A DNA stretch of 64,000 bases, taken from NCBI GenBank assembly GCA_050015075.1, contig JBEKCB010000016.1, positions 34,939 to 98,938 of the forward strand. The letters are read 5' to 3'. A model generated the notes under the pieces. The model saw only the letters and a list, made by a program, of their open reading frames with translations. It was not told the origin of the DNA and made no database searches. This DNA comes from Candidatus Brocadiia bacterium (lineage in GTDB: Bacteria; Planctomycetota; Brocadiia; CAIUPP01). Made by a program: the position numbers and the translations under genes. Below are positions 62,136-64,000 of the stretch, piece after piece. The first letter of the stretch is position 1. Every line of letters begins with the position of its first letter.

Positions 62136-63701
62136 TCAGATGCTGATGGAGTGCGTGCAGTTGCGTCCGGCGCCCTTCGCCCGGTAGAGGCACTTGTCCG
62201 CTTCATCAATGATCGGGCCGCAGTCCATGTTGGGCGAATCGAACCGGACATGCACCGCCCCGATGCTGATGGTGATGCCGGGCACTCCCGGCGCCCAGCT
62301 TTTGGACGCTTCGGCGATGCCGAGGCGGAACTTCTCCGCCGCCGCGATGACCCCCTTCAAGTCCGCCTCCGGCAGCAAGACCACGAACTCCTCGCCGCCT
62401 ATCCGGGCCGCCACGTCCGTGTGCCGAATCCCCTTCTGAAGGAGCCTGGATAAACCCGCGAGCACTTTGTCGCCGGCCGGGTGGCCGTGCGCGTCGTTGA
62501 CCTCCTTGAAGTGGTCAATGTCCAGCATGAGGAACCCGAGAGAGTGCGCATAGCGCCGGGCGCGGACGATCTCGTCGAGGAAGCGCTTGAGGAAGTCGCG
62601 CCGGTTGGGAAGCTGCGTCAGTTCGTCGGTGGCGGCGAGCCGTTTCAGGTCTTCCGCTTCGGCCTTCAACAGGCGCACTTCGGCCCCGTGCGCTTGGACC
62701 CGTTCTTCGAGCGCCATCGCGCGGCTGCCCAGTTCGGTGGCCAGGTTCGTCAGTTCCTGCGCGGCCATGAGGCGGACCTGCTCGTACGACGGGATCAGGT
62801 GCGGGTCAAGGTCGAACAGCTCGCAAGTCTGGCGCACGTCGCGGGTCACTTGTTCGAGGATGCCGTCGAGCGCCTTCTGCGTCAGGTTGAAATGCTCCCT
62901 GGCCTCGCTGGCGATCGCCGCTTCTATGCCTCTCCTGGCCCTGCTGTAGAAGAAATGCGATATCTTCGAGCACAGGTTGAGCACCCGCGCCAGCCGGATG
63001 GTCTCCGGCCTGGCGCCCGCCACCGTGCCGCTGTCCGGGTCGTGGTGGAGGCGGACCGGCCAGTAAACTTCCTCGGGGATCCCCCACTTCTGGAGGAGCG
63101 CCGCGCCGACCCTGGCGTGAGTGAAGCCGAAGACGCGCTGCTCGACTTCCTCGATGCGCCTGGCGGGATGCGCGCGGCGCCTTTCGAAGACTTCTGCGTA
63201 CCGGTCCGGCAGGGCGCATTGCAACGCGACCATGCCGATATCCTGCAGGATGCCGGCTGCAAACGCGTCATCGCGCTTCGCCGGCCAGATCCGTTCGGCC
63301 ACCGTGCGCGCGCCGACCGCTGTCGTCAATGAGTGTCGCCAGAACCGTTCAATCTCAAAGTTCTTGGGCACTTTCGGACTGATGTCCGCTTCCAGGCAGA
63401 AGCTGAGGACCGTCATGCGCGTGACCTTCAGGCCGATGCGCACGACCGCCTCGTTGATGGAGGTGACCTTCTTCTGCGAGCCGAAATAGGCGGAGTTGCT
63501 CATCCGCAGGAGCTTGGCGACGAGGGCGGGATCCGCGCTGATCATCTCTTCGAGGCGCGAGAAGTCCACGTCCGGATCGCGGCTCAGCGCGAGCACACCG
63601 GCCGCCACGGCCGGCACGACGGGCAACGAATCGCTCGACAGGACTTGTTTGAAGAGCGTCTCCGAAGACGTCTCTTGACCGCTGGCGGCTACGGACAACA
63701 T
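62136..63701 (-). CDS. HDOD-GGDEF diguanylate cyclase, paralog B
   Basis: Same HDOD motifs; intact DELTQLPNRR, RHTD, GGEEF; GGAGG RBS before ATG 63701. Confidence 0.93.
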   Translation of the reverse strand: MLSVAASGQETSSETLFKQVLSSDSLPVVPAVAAGVLALSRDPDVDFSRLEEMISADPALVAKLLRMSNSAYFGSQKKVTSINEAVVRIGLKVTRMTVLSFCLEADISPKVPKNFEIERFWRHSLTTAVGARTVAERIWPAKRDDAFAAGILQDIGMVALQCALPDRYAEVFERRRAHPARRIEEVEQRVFGFTHARVGAALLQKWGIPEEVYWPVRLHHDPDSGTVAGARPETIRLARVLNLCSKISHFFYSRARRGIEAAIASEAREHFNLTQKALDGILEQVTRDVRQTCELFDLDPHLIPSYEQVRLMAAQELTNLATELGSRAMALEERVQAHGAEVRLLKAEAEDLKRLAATDELTQLPNRRDFLKRFLDEIVRARRYAHSLGFLMLDIDHFKEVNDAHGHPAGDKVLAGLSRLLQKGIRHTDVAARIGGEEFVVLLPEADLKGVIAAAEKFRLGIAEASKSWAPGVPGITISIGAVHVRFDSPNMDCGPIIDEADKCLYRAKGAGRNCTHSISI

Positions 63702-64000
63702 TACAGCGTCCTCCCACCTCCGTGCCGGACGTGCCCCTGTCCTGCCCGTGCCGGAGCGATGCATGATCTTCGGTTGCTGGACTGTGGCGGAGCGCATTGG
63801 AACCGATGTCCAGTGGCTTTCGCCTACGTAACTGCCCTTACCATACTCGCTGCGAGCGACTTCCATAAATCGTACTAGTCTATAGTTTCGCACTATTCAT
63901 GCCGCGTAGGCGGCCGATTCGACAAGGGCATTGAGAGTTTCACGCAGTTGTGTTTCAGAGGTGGACCTGTGAAAAAGTCGCCCGCGCAGAAGTTCGCGCC

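Overview
GC-rich bacterial DNA, most consistent with a Planctomycetota/PVC-type diderm (an inference from gene style and small conserved ORFs, not from a database search). About 52 kb (5778-58077) is a near-complete flagellar super-cluster in two divergent arms. The leftward arm is three TPR genes, then flgB flgC fliE fliF fliG fliH fliI fliJ, a motE/flbB-like gene, motA, two motB genes, fliL fliM fliN fliO fliP fliQ fliR flhB flhA, a small ORF, fliA and a second small ORF. The rightward arm is two lipoproteins, fliK flgD flgE, a membrane-anchored PilZ gene, flgF flgG flgA flgH flgI flgJ flgN flgK flgL fliW, a B12 radical-SAM/methyltransferase fusion, csrA, three glycosyltransferases, fliC fliS fliD, a fliT-like gene, flgM and a small Cys-rich ORF. 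c-di-GMP enzymes lie on both sides: PAS-GGDEF and REC-GAF-GAF-HD-GYP on the left, and a tandem HDOD-GGDEF duplication on the right. Also present are pfkA, a second B12 radical SAM gene, a decayed tRNA(CAT) 3' half that looks like an att scar, and two palindromic 9-bp-period repeats. Three sigma54 promoters, two candidate sigma28 promoters and CsrA-type GGA hairpins can be read from the DNA. The main unusual points are: (1) a sigma54 co-regulated set of TPR and lipoprotein genes that may build an undescribed motor scaffold; (2) tandem motB genes, one lacking the ion-binding Asp; (3) FliM lacking the CheY-binding peptide, with no che genes in the window but a PilZ brake; (4) a flagellin-modification island with a B12 radical-SAM/methyltransferase fusion and a triple-GT4 enzyme; (5) extreme Arg/Lys depletion confined to the extracellular axial proteins, including a flagellin with no Arg.
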